Part shown: positions 35,195-46,713 of the stretch, one piece after another
How the letters are laid out: every line of letters starts with the position of its first letter
How positions within the stretch are numbered: the first letter of the stretch is position 1
Source: Macrostomum lignano
Taxonomy: Eukaryota
Reading direction: 5' to 3'
Assembly: GCA_002269645.1 (NCBI GenBank)
Contig: NIVC01003619.1
Location: 1-64,000 of the forward strand
DNA: 64,000 nt
Position numbers and translations under genes: made by a program
Notes under the pieces: model-generated
What the model was told of the DNA's origin: nothing
The model's input: the letters and a program-made list of their open reading frames with translations, nothing else
Database searches by the model: none

Positions 35195-36560
35195 TCCCAT
35201 CAGCCCACCAGTCACTCCCCATCAGTCCCAGTCACTCCCCATCAGTCCCAGTCACTCCCCATCAGCCCACCAGTCACTCCCCATCAGTCCCAGTCACTCC
35301 CCATCAGTCCCAGTCACTCCCCATCAGTCCCAGTCACTCCCCATCAGTCCCAGTCACTCCCCATCAGTCCCAGTCACTCCCCATCAGTCCCAGTCACTCC
35401 CCATCAGTCCCAGTCACTCCCTATCAGTCCCAGTCACTCCCCATCAGTCCCAGTCACTCCCTATCAGTCCCAGTCACTCCCCATCAGTCCCAGTCACTCC
35501 CCATCAGTCCCAGTCACTCCCTATCAGTCCCAGTCACTCCCCATCAGTCCCAGTCACTCCCCATCAGTCCCAGTCACTCCCCATCAGTGTCAGTCACTCC
35601 CCATCAGGGTCAGTCACTCCCCATCAGACCCAGTCACTCCCCATCAGTCCGAGTCACTCCCCATCAGTCCAAGTCACTCCCCATCAGTGTCAGTCACTCC
35701 CCATCAGTGTCAGTCACTCCCCATCAGTGTCAGTCACTCCCCATCAGTGTCAGTCACTCCCCATCAGTGTCAGTCACTTCCCATCAGTGTCAGTCACTCC
35801 CCATCAGTGTCAGTCACTTCTCATCAGTGTCAGTCACTCCCCATTAGTGTCAGTCACTCCCCATCAGTGTCAGTCACTCCCCATCAGTGTCAGTCACTCC
35901 CCATCAGTGTCAGTCACTCCCCATCAGTGTCAGTCACTCCCCATCAGTGTCAGTCACTCCCCATCAGTGTCAGTCACTCCCCATCAGTGTCAGTCACTTC
36001 CCATCAGTGTCAGTCACTCCCCATTAGTGTCAGTCACTCCCCATCAGTGTCAGTCACTCCCCATCAGTCCCAGTCACTCCCCATCAGTCCGAGTCACTCC
36101 CCATCAGTCCAAGTCACTTCCCATCAGTGTCAGTCACTCCCCATCAGTGTCAGTCACTCCCCATCAGTGTCAGTCTCTCCCCATCAGTGTCAGTCACTCC
36201 CCATCAGTGTCAGTCACTTCCCATCAGTGTCAGTCACTCCCCATCAGTGTCAGTCACTTCCCATCAGGGTCAGTCACTCCCCATCAGACCCAGTCACTCC
36301 CCATCAGTCCGAGTCACTCCCCATCAGTCCAAGTCACTCCCCATCAGTGTCAGTCACTCCCCATCAGTGTCAGTCACTCCCCATCAGTGTCAGTCACTTC
36401 CCATCAGTGTCAGTCACTCCCCATTAGTGTCAGTCACTCCCCATCAGTGTCAGTCACTCCCCATCAGTGTCAGTCACTCCCCATCAGTGTCAGTCATTCC
36501 CCATCAGACCCAGTCACTCCCCATCAGCCCCAGTCACTCCCCATCAATCCCATCCCAGTC
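35195..36560. repeat. 20-bp minisatellite (CAGTCACTCCCCATCAGTNN)n, ~67 copies
   Basis: Directly visible. The variant changes from -CC to -GT at ~35585, and a variant block recurs at ~35600 and ~36265. Confidence 0.97.
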
Positions 36561-37470
36561 TTTCCCCATTAATCCCAGTCACTTCTATCAATCCCAGGAT
36601 GTTTAACAGAGGTCAGTGAGGATCTGGGAGGGCAGCAGTGGCCCAGCAACTAAGAGGACCTTAGAGGGTAGTTTCGAGTTGAAATAAAAGTCGCGTTCTC
36701 ATAAATTTGAAGAGTTGGCGTGCCCTCTGCTGGGTCCGTATCCGAGCCTTCGCGCTCGCCAATTCTGCCTCGACATGAATTTTATGCCCCTCGGATCCAG
36801 CAGCTCCCAGGGCTGCTCGGAGCAGATTGGCGCCAAAGAGATGGCGAGAACCGGCCAGCGATTCGTGCCCTGTGGGAAAGTGCACCCGACTCCGACTTCT
36901 AGCTCGTACTCTCTGCTTCGGCCAAGTTTCCCGCCCCAACGAGAATCTGCCGCTGAGAATCTTTGACAGGCCAAGCCTCATTCAGCCCTCCTTTTATGCC
37001 CAAGGTGTGGCGACGACTCTCGCCAGACCTTTTAGTAGCAGTGCAATTTCTGCAACTAAAGCAGAAGTGAAGCACAGCCCACTATAGCAAACAGTTGATA
37101 TTAGTGAAACTGCGCCAGTCGAAATGCAGCGCCCTGAAGACTTCAACTCGGAGCTTCCTGACGGATTCCAGCTGGAGCTGAAGGCCGTGAGTTCTCGCCA
37201 TCTGACTGGCACTGAGTCACCCTGAGTGTCAACAGCCCGTCCGTCGCTTGCTCACGGGGCCTCCCAGCCAGCAGAGTGAAACCCAGCAGATAAGCCAGGC
37301 TCAGTGTAATCGAATTGAAGGCTCAGCGCAGACAGCCTTCTCCTGATGCTTATGGACCCCGACGCAACCCGCAAGGCCTACAAGGCCCCTCAAACCCATG
37401 TCATCAACGTTGAGTCACGCTCTCGAGCGGGCCGGACAATGGAGGGGGGTGTTGCGACTTGCGAGGAGTT

Positions 37471-37477
37471 TATAAAA
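37471..37477 (+). promoter_or_regulatory. Candidate TATA box of fascin, with a possible short non-coding exon ending at 37525
   Basis: TATAAAA followed ~50 bp later by CCAG|GTAGTT; acceptor CTGCAG at 38892, just before the fascin ATG. Confidence 0.3.
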
Positions 37478-37579
37478 CCTGGTAAAATTCAGGGCATACG
37501 CGGCCCACGAAGCCTCTCTATCCAGGTAGTTTGAAACTTCATAATAGCAATCCGGCCCGCTCAAGGTTTGTGTCTCTTT

Positions 37580-37745
37580 AGTTGTCTTCTCAGTTCTCTC
37601 CTCTACCCTTCTCCTCACATCTCTTCTCTCCTCTTTTCTCTCATCTTCTCTCTTTTCTTCTCTCTTCTTACCTTCTTTCTTAATTATCTCTCTCCTCCCC
37701 TCTTCTCTCCTCTCCTTTCTTCTCTCCTTTCCTCTCTTCTCACTT
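37580..37745. repeat. CT-rich low-complexity polypyrimidine tract
   Basis: Directly visible. Confidence 0.85.
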
Positions 37746-38145
37746 GAGTTCTCGCCAAGATTTGCCTTCAGAAATAAATTTGACGAGGATTTATGAGTCC
37801 AGGTTCTGGCTCTGGGACTCCTTGGCTGCATTCGGCATGGAAATCTCAATGATTCATCATCGAGCGCCCGCCGCTTTGGTAAGGGCCGGGCCTGTCCGGC
37901 AACCGGGCCTCGACACGGGGCCGCCCACGTTGCAACTCCTTGGCCGCCTTTTCGGGTTTCCGATTCAGTTCGCAACTCGTCTCGGATTGCCGGTTCCGAC
38001 ATGCCGCTGCATCCACCGATCCTTGCACAGCTGCACTGTATCAAATTATGCTGCAGAAAGAGCTGCTCCCAATTTTGTTGCAGAAATACTTGTTAAGGCG
38101 TTGAGAAACAGTCAAATTCTGGTAGCTTTTAGTGACTGACTTCTG

Positions 38146-38847
38146 TGACCTGAATCTCAGTTCCTCAGAGCTGTGCTTGTGACCTGAATCTCAGTTCCTC
38201 AGAGCTGTGCTTGTGAGCTGAATCTCAGTTCCTCAGAGCTGTGCTTGTGAGCTGAATCTCAGTTCCTCAGAGCTGTGCTTGTGACCTGAATCTCAGTTCC
38301 TCAGAGCTGTGCTTGTGAGCTGAATTTCAGTTCCTCAGAGCTGTGCTTGTGAGCTGAATCTCAGTTCCTCAGAGCTGTGCTTGTGAGCTGAATCTCAGTT
38401 CCTCAGAGCTGTGCTTGTGAGCTGAATCTCAGTTCCTCAGAGCTGTGCTTGTGACCTGAATCTCAGTTCCTCAGAGCTGTGCTTGTGAGCTGAATTTCAG
38501 TTCTTCAGAGCTGTGCTTGTGAGCTGAATCTCAGTTCCTCAGAGCTGTGCTTGTGAGCTGAATCTCAGTTCCTCAGAGCTGTGCTTGTGAGCTGAATCTC
38601 AGTTCCTCAGAGCTGTGCTTGTGAGCTGAATCTCAGTTCCTCAGAGCTGTGCTTGTGAGCTGAATCTCAGTTCCTCAGAGCTGTGCTTGTGAGCTGAATT
38701 TCAGTTCCTCAGAGCTGTGCTTGTGAGCTGAATCTCAGTTCCTCAGAGCTGTGCTTGTGAGCTGAATCTCAGTTCCTCAGAGCTGTGCTTGTGACCTGAA
38801 TCTCAGTTCCTCAGAGCTGTGCTTGGGTGCTTGTGACCTGAATCTCC
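38146..38847. repeat. 34-bp minisatellite (TGTGASCTGAATCTCAGTTCCTCAGAGCTGTGCT)n, ~20 copies, just upstream of the first fascin coding exon
   Basis: Directly visible. Confidence 0.96.
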
Positions 38848-38904
38848 GTCCTGCTCATCAAAGTGCTCAAAACCCCACTGCCCACCCTGCAGTTCGTGGA
38901 CAAA

Positions 38905-41900
38905 ATGGACCAGAACGGCGGCGTCATTCCCGGCCGGGTTGCCAATGGCAACGGAGTGGCCGGCAGCACCAACGGCCACGGCCCGTCAAAACCGCAGCAG
39001 CCGCAGGCCGGAGACCCGGACGAATCGCTGAAGTGGCGGGTGGGGCTGCGCAACGCCAGCGGCAAGTTCCTGACTGCCGAGCCCTTCGGCTTCAAGCTCA
39101 ACGCCTCCGGAGCGTCGCTGAAGATGCGCCAGACCTGGGTGCTGGTGCCCGACCCCGAGCACCCGTCAACCGTCTGTCTGAAGTCTCACCTCAACAGGTG
39201 AGTTTTGATTGCTCCTCAAGTTTTGTGAATCCAGTTTGAAGTCGCTTTCACTGCTTCTGAATTCTGCCAGACTTGCCTGACCATTCAGCAGCCCTGAAGT
39301 GACAAATCCCTCCACAGACCCTTCATGAGCCTTTCATGGACCCTTTAGCATCCCTTCACAAACCCTTCATAGAGCATTCACCATTCCCTTCATAGAGAAT
39401 TCACCATTCCCTTCATAGAGCGTTTACCATTCCCTTCATAGAGCATTCACCATTCCCTTCATAGAGAATTCACCATTCCCTTCATAGAGCGTTCACCATT
39501 CCCTTCATAGACCCTTCATGATCATCATCCCTTCACAAACTCCGACCCCCGCCACCCGCCAGGTTCCTGTCCGCCGACAAGGACGGTCTGGTGTCCTGCT
39601 CCAGCGAGGAGGCCGGCCCGGAGACCCGCTTCATCATTGAGTACGCCGGCGATGGGGTTCAGTGGGCGCTGAAGAGCGCGCAGCACGGCCTGTACTTCTC
39701 CGGCGAGGAGGACCGCGTCAAGTGCTTCTCCAAGGCGCCCGTCTGGTGGACCTGCCAGCTCGCGCTGCACCCTCAGGTGGGCAACCGGCAGGTTAAAAAA
39801 CTTTTTCTGCTCTCTCCTGCTCACCCTCTCTCCTGCTCACCCTCTCTTCTGCTCACCCTCTCTCCTGCTCACCCTCTCTCCTTCTCACCCTCTCTCCTGC
39901 TCACCCTCTCTCCTGCTCACCCTCTCTTCTGCTCACCCTCTCTCCTGCTCACCCTCTCTTCTGCTCACCCTCTCTCCTCACCCTCTCTCCTCACCCTCCT
40001 TCTCACCCTCTCTCCTGCTCACCCTCTCTCCTGCTCACCCTCTCTCCTTCTCACCCTCTCTCCTGCTCACCCTCTCTCCTGCTCACCCTCTCTCCTCCGC
40101 AGCTTCTCTTCTCACTCTCTCTCCTCACCCTCTCTCCTCACCCTCTCTCCTCACCCTCTCTCCTCACCCTCTCTCCTCACCCTCTCTCCTCACCCTCTCT
40201 CTTCACCCTCTCTCCTCACCCTCTCTCCTCACCCTCTCTCCTCACCCTCTCTCCTCACCCTCTCTCCTCACCCTCTCTCCTCACCCTCTCTCCTCACCCT
40301 CTCTCCTCACCCTCTCTCCTCACCCTCCTCACTCTCTCTCCTCACCCTCTCTCCTCACCCTCTCTCCTCACTCTCTCTCCTTCTCACCCTCTCATCTTCC
40401 AACATTCTCTCCGCCCGTCAGGTGCACGTGAAGAACCTGAACCGCGGCCGCTACCTCCGGCTCGGCAGTGGCGAGATCTCCGCCGACCGGGTGAACCCGT
40501 GGGGCGCCGAGAGCCTCATCACTCTGATGAAGCGCGACGGCCGCGTGGCCATCCGGGCCTCGGACGGGCGCTACCTGGCCCGCGGCGGCGAGCTGCTGGA
40601 CCGTCTGGACGAGGCTGAGTCGCTGTTCTCCATCCAGGTGCACTGCGGCCCCTGCCCCGGACTGGCCTTCAAGGTGAGTCATATTGAAGAAATGCAAAAC
40701 TCATTGAAAATGCCGATTGTACTTGTGTACTTTTGTACTTCTTCTCATGACCTTCCGTCATCCTTGCGCCGCGCCCGCAGGACAGCGCAGGCCGCTTCCT
40801 CACCAACATCGGCGCCACGGGCACCAGCAAGACGAAGAACCAGACGGTGTCCAAGGACGAGCTGTTCGTGCTGGAGGACAGCTACCCGCAGATCGCCGTC
40901 AAGGCCTTCAATGGGCGGTACGCCAGCATCAAGCAGGGTGAGTGAGGCAGCTGGCATGGTGCCTCATCTTGATTGAGCTGCGCCTAGTCTGTGTGCCTTT
41001 ACCTGATACTCGTAAATCTGTAGAATTGCGGCCTAAAATCCCAAATCGTGATTAGCAACTACTGCAATCACAGGCCACACCAAGCTGGCAAAATGTTTAG
41101 TCTCCCATAACCAGGAACCAGTTCACAGACAGGGGCGTCCCTTCTGATTTGCACAGTGAAGCTCAGCGTTTACCAATTTCTGGGGCTGACTTGGGCGCGC
41201 CTCGGTTCCTTACCCAGGCAGTTTATTTACTTTACTGCCGGCCGTGTTGATTGCTGCTTCCGCGTTTTCTGCTTCTGGGATTTGGGAAGTTGGAAAGGGG
41301 GGTGGCGGGTTGGGGCGGTTCGTCAGATTTCCTCGCCCTTTCCCGCTGAGCTGTAGGTGCGGCATGAGTCATAGCCCGCAGTCTGCTGCACTGAGCGGCT
41401 GAAGCATCTGAAGCACCTGAGGTTGGCAGCAGGACACTGAAGCACCTGAGGTTGGCAGCAGGACACTGAAGCACCTGAGGTTGGCAGCAGGACACTGAAG
41501 CACCCGAGGTTGGCAGCAGGACGCTAAAGTGCAGCAGGGTGACACGCTGGCATCCTTCATTCAAAAAGCCGTGAATTCTGTGTGCTGCAATCCCTCAGAC
41601 GAAATGCCAAAGCTGCCCAGACAGACGCTCCATCCCGCTATGACTTACCGTTCGTCAAAGCGCCATGCAGCCCCGCAACAATTTCTGGAATATTCCAAGC
41701 AGCAGCCATGACGCGAATTTCTTTGCCGCCGTCCCAGGAGGATGCCCGGCTTATCAGTGTCTGCCTGGCGGCGGACTGGGAATGCACAGAGTGTCAGCTG
41801 GCTTATGAAGGCTGTTGGATTTTGTATGCCATATTTCATAGCGTGGTTGGCAAACCCTCTTCCAGCACTTGCTATCCACCTGCGGAGACACCTGGCTTCA

Positions 41901-44380
41901 GGCTGATTAGTTAAGTTTATCACGAACCCGCAGGCCAGGACCTGAACGCCAACCAGAGCGACATCGACGTCACCGAAACCTACCAGCTGGAGTTCCACGC
42001 TGCCAGCGGCAAGTGGCGATTCCGCACCAAGGACGACAAGTTCTGGAAGCTGTCCACCGTGGGCAGCGGCATCAGCGCGACTGGGGACTCTCGGTGAGAG
42101 GCTGACAAGTTCTGGGGCTTTGGGTTACTGGATCTTCAGTTGGGATTTGTGAGGAACACTGGGAGGATCTGAACTCTAGAGTAGGGATCTAGAGCAGGGA
42201 TCTGGAGTAGGGATCTAGAGCAGGGATCTAGAGCAGGGATCTGGAGTAGGGATCTAGAGTAGGGATCTCGAGCAGGGATCTGGAGTAGGGATCTAGAGTA
42301 GGGATCTAGAGTAGGGATCTAGAGTAGGGATCTAGAGCAGGGATCTGGAGTAGGGATCTAGAGTAGGGATCTAGAGTAGGGATCTAGAGTAGGGATCTAG
42401 AGTAGGGATCTAGCGCAGGGATTTAGAGCAGGGATCTAGAGTAGGGATCTAGCGCAGGGATCTGGAGTAGGGATCTAGAGAAGGGATCTGGAGTAGGGAT
42501 CTAGAGAAGGGATCTAGAGTAGAAATCTACAGTAGGGATATAGAGAAGGGATTTGGAGTAGGGATCTAGAGTAGGGATCTAGAGCAGGGATCTGGAGTAG
42601 GGATCTAGAGTAGGGATCTAGAGCAGGGATTTAGAGTAGGGATCTCGAGCAGGGATCTAGAGTAGGAATCTAGCGCAGGGATTTAGAGCAGGGATCTAGA
42701 GTAGGGATCTAGCGCAGGGATCTAGAGGAGGGATCTATAGTAGGGATCTAGAGAAGGGATCTGGAGTAGGGATCTAGAGTAGGGATCTACAGTAGGGATC
42801 TAGAGAAGGGATCTGGAGTATGGATCTAGAGTAGGGATCTACAGTAGGGATCTAGAGTAGGGATCTAGAGAAGGGATCTAGAGCAGGGATCTAGAGCAGG
42901 GATCTAGAGTAGGGATCTAGAGTAGGGATCTAGAGTAGGGATCTAGAGTAGGGATCGGGATTACAAAAGGGTGATTGAGATGGAACTGCTATTCCCGCCG
43001 CCGCAGGGACCAGTCCACCCTGTTCGCCATGGAGTACCAGCCCAAGGGCCGGGTGGCCCTGAAGTGCTCGAACGGCAGTTACCTGTCCGCCAAGAAGCTG
43101 GGCGCAGTGAACGCCACTGGCAGCGAGGTGAAGTCGGAGGAGCAGTTTCAGCTGGTGCTGCTCAACCGGCCCATTGTGGTGTTCCGCTGCGACTTCGGCT
43201 TCGTGGGCATCAAGAATAGCCGGCTGGAGTGCAACCTGGTGAGCTACGATGCCTTCAACCTGGAGGTGTCCGACAGCGGCTTCTACCACATCAGGGGTGA
43301 GTCCTGAGTATGAGTCCTGCTGGCTGGGGTGAGTCCTGTGGGCTGGGGTGAGTCCTGCGGGCTGGGGGGTGAGTCCTGCATGTGAGTCCTGCGGATTGGG
43401 GTGAGTCCTGCGGGCTGGGGTGAGTCTTACCTCGGTGACTTAATTATGCGAATATTTTAAATATCGGGAATTTCGGTTTTTCAAGTGTTTGTGAATTGAG
43501 ACCTTATTAATTATAACAATTGGGGATTATGAGAATTTGGGATTGTGAGAGTTGGTGATGGTGAGAGTTGGGGATTGTGAGAGTTGGGGATTGTGAGAGT
43601 TGGGGATTGTGAGAGTTGGGGATTGTGAGAGTTGGGGATTGTGAGAGTTGTGGATTGTGAGAGTTGGGGATTGTGAGAGTTGGGGATTGTGAGAGTTGGG
43701 GATTTGGAGAGTTGGGGATTGTGAGAGTTGGGGATTGTGAGAGTTGGGGATTGTGAGAGTTGTGGATTGTGAGAGTTGGGGATTTTGAGAGTTGTGGATT
43801 GTGAGAGTTGGGGATTGTGAGAGTTGGGGATTGTGAGAGTTGGGGATTTGGAGAGTTGGGGATTGTGAGAGTTGGGGATTGTGAGAGTTGGGGATTGTGA
43901 GAGTTGTGGATTGTGAGAGTTGGGGATTTTGAGAGTTGTGGATTATGAGAGTTGGGGATTGTGAGAGTTGGGGATTGTGAGAGTTGGGGATTGTGAGAGT
44001 TAGGGATTTGGAGAGTTGTGGATTGTGAGAGTTGGGGATTTGATAGTTGGGGATTGTGAGAGTTGTGGATTGTGAGAGTTAGAGATAGTGAGAATTGGGG
44101 ACTACAAGAAGTAGGGGATTATTAAAATGGGGGATTATAAAATTTAGACCTTCATCTCTCCATCCCACACCCGCCAGGCTCCGAGGGCTTCTGGTGCGTG
44201 CAGGCGGACGGGAGCATCTCTTTCAAAGGCGAGCGGCCCGAGGAGTTCCTGCTGGAGTTCCGCAGCCGCTCCTGCGTTGCCATCCAGGCCAGTAACGGTT
44301 GCTACGTGCGCGGCGAGCAGAACGGCACCATGCGGGCGGACGCCGACGAAATCCGGGCCGCCTGCCTGTGGGAGTACTGA
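38905..44380 (+). CDS. FSCN: Fascin (singed) actin-bundling protein; exons 38905-39197, 39563-39776, 40422-40673, 40781-40937, 41934-42093, 43007-43296, 44178-44380
   Basis: GLRNASGKFLTAEPFGFKLNASGASLKMRQTW, LHPQVHVKN..RGRYL, PWGAESLITL, LNANQ..ETYQLEF, LLNRPIVVFRCDFGFVG and C-terminal LWEY*; all splice phases are consistent. Confidence 0.96.
39375..39510. repeat. 23-bp repeat (TTCACCATTCCCTTCATAGAGCA), ~6 copies, in a fascin intron
   Basis: Directly visible. Confidence 0.9.
39805..40395. repeat. Pyrimidine-rich minisatellite (CTCACCCTCTCTC-type) filling a fascin intron
   Basis: ~590 bp of almost pure C/T with a periodic A, ending shortly before the acceptor at 40421. Confidence 0.93.
41400..41522. 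repeat. 29-bp repeat (GAAGCACCTGAGGTTGGCAGCAGGACACT), ~4 copies, in a fascin intron
   Basis: Directly visible. Confidence 0.88.
42175..42956. repeat. 13-bp minisatellite (GTAGGGATCTAGA)n, ~60 copies, in a fascin intron
   Basis: Directly visible. Confidence 0.96.
43293..43430. repeat. Degenerate ~19-21-bp repeat of the splice donor (GGGGTGAGTCCTG...), 7 GTGAGT copies
   Basis: Begins exactly at the true donor (43297). Confidence 0.9.
43535..44085. repeat. 16-bp minisatellite (GGGGATTGTGAGAGTT)n, ~34 copies, in the last fascin intron
   Basis: Directly visible. Confidence 0.96.
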
Positions 44381-44620
44381 CGCACTCTCGAGTTCGCGCG
44401 CACTTGCCTGCATAAGTACTGACGCACTCTCGAGTTCGCGCGCACTTGCCTGCATAAGTACTGACGCACTCTCGAGTTCGCGCGCACTTGCCTGCATAAG
44501 TACTGACGCATTCTCGAGTTCGCGCGCACTTGCCTGCATAAGTACTGACGCATTCTCGAGTTCGCGCGCACTTGCCTGCATAAGTACTGACGCATTCTCG
44601 AGTTCGCGCGCACTTGCCCG
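44373..44620. repeat. 42-bp repeat, ~6 copies, starting at the fascin stop codon
   Basis: Unit AGTACTGACGCAYTCTCGAGTTCGCGCGCACTTGCCTGCATA. Confidence 0.95.
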
Positions 44621-45704
44621 CAGTGACTCGGCAATTTTGTTTCTTAGAAAATCTGAACAATCCGGCGAGCTAAAAAAGATAAAAAAATGAATTTTTCAGC
44701 ACCGAACCCGTCAGCACAACCCCCTCACCGAGTTCGTTAAGCTTTCTTAGAAATGTGAATGAGAGATTTATGCAAGTTTTCACATGTTAGGCACATATGC
44801 ACTGAGCTTGTGTTGAAAAATGAAATTCAAATCCCTGCAGCGCAATTTTGGGGCAGATCCGGCCTTCAAATATTTTCCTAGAAATGAAGTGTCGCCTATG
44901 TCTCTGAAGTCGCTCTTAAATGCGTTTTGTCGCTGTTGACCACATTCTAAAAAACTCCGTAACCCGTCTACATACTACTTATTAGTAATACTTGTCTGCT
45001 TTTCTACTTTTTTATATTGCAACCCCGATTCAAATCCGAGTAGGTCCGCATGCGGCTTTTTATTCGGCAACTTTAAGCTTCAAACTCGAAAACCATGAAT
45101 TTCTAATGCTGTTAAACTACTTCCAGTAGCAGCGAGGCGCGAGTTCGTCAGTAGCTCTTTGCAACAATAAAGCTGACTCAGTTGCTAATCCCAAGCATTC
45201 AGCTGCTGCATTTGCTTCTTTCTTTTCTGCCGGGCTGGCGTGCACTTTTGTAGTTGGGAAAGATTTTCGCAAGAGTTGCCAGAGTGAGTCGCACAATAGC
45301 AGCCTCAGTGACTGCTTTTGCAGTTTCGCCTGTGGGCTCAGCCAGAACAATGCCTGCTGCAGCCGCTCCCGCATCTACGCTGTCTCAAGATGCAGCCTAA
45401 GAGCAGCTGGGGGGCACAGCTCGGCTCGCGTGCACTACAGGAGCTGATGCAGCATCGGAGAGGCTGGGGTCGCGGGAGGAAATTGCTGCTATACCGGTAA
45501 GTGTCCCATGTTGACCTGCTTGTTCACTCGCTCCGGAAACCGGAGATCAACTGTGTGAGCAGTCGAGATGAAGCTGGAAATTCGCCTCGCAGCATCTTGT
45601 TCTGCCCCTTACCTAGCCACCCACTGTGCAGAAATGCTCTCCTTTATAACCTCTTGATCTGGGGAAAAGCTGGGACAAAGTAGTTACTTAGTTACTCAGT
45701 GGCT

Positions 45705-45957
45705 CAATGACTCAAGCGGCTCGGTGACTCAGTGACTCAAGCGGCTCGGTGACTCAGTGACTCAAGCGGCTCGGAGACTCAGTGACTCAAGCGGCTCGGA
45801 GACTCAGTGACTCAAGCGGCTCGGTGACTCAGTGACTCAAGCGGCTCGGAGACTCAGTGACTCAAGCGGCTCGGAGACTCAGTGACTCAAGCGGCTCGGA
45901 GACTCAGTGACTCAAGCGGCTCGGAGACTCAGTGACTCAAGCGGCTCAATGACTCAT
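45705..45957. repeat. 25-bp repeat, ~10 copies, carrying 14 perfect TGACTCA (AP-1/TRE) heptamers
   Basis: Unit GACTCAAGCGGCTCGGWGACTCAGT; ends in ATGACTCAT. Confidence 0.93.
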
Positions 45958-46713
45958 TAGCTCGGGGCCTCAATCGCGGGAGCTGCAGCTTATCAGGGAC
46001 GCTGCAACGCCGCAGATCCCGCAGATTCTGCAATGACGAGGCGGCCCGCGGACACCCCGGACGCGCTGGAGCGCCTACGCGTGACGGGAGCGCCGCCTCC
46101 GGGTGAGTGACAGCCCGAGAGAGCTGCTACAAAAATTTCACGGTTAATCGCTTTTACAACTGCTGCAGCAGAATCGACAACAGTAGGTCCCGTCTCTCCC
46201 TCATTCTCGCGTGAAAGCATTGTTGCCAAGTGGTTGCCACCCACTACAGAGCTGGCTTGCTTGCATTTCCAGCACCCTGTTGCAGACTAACTTTCCGCCG
46301 CCCTCTCCCTACTTGAAGTCTGGCGCAGAGGGCGGCTGGCTTCTCCCAGTTAATCTGGGGAGGGGGCATTCATTGATCGCGTGAGAGCGGCGGCAGGAGG
46401 AGGTACTTCAACCCCCCCCCCCTCGCGAAAACTGAAAGCAATTAACTTTGAGCATTGGCAAACTGAAGCCCCCAGTCATGGCTATTATCATAATCCACCA
46501 TTGTTTTTCTGCCTACCGGTGGGCCGCAGCGCCACTTTCTCCCGGCATCCGGCCGGAGGTGGCGGTTTGCAAAGCCGCTTCCTCACCGCAATGCAGCCTC
46601 TGCCCCGCATCCCCAGCGGGGAGACTGGGGTTAGGGAGGGGAGGGAAGAAAGGAAAGGATTCTGAGTTGCTGGGAGGAAGCGGCTGAGTGGCGGAGGCGC
46701 AGGGCTGGTAGAA

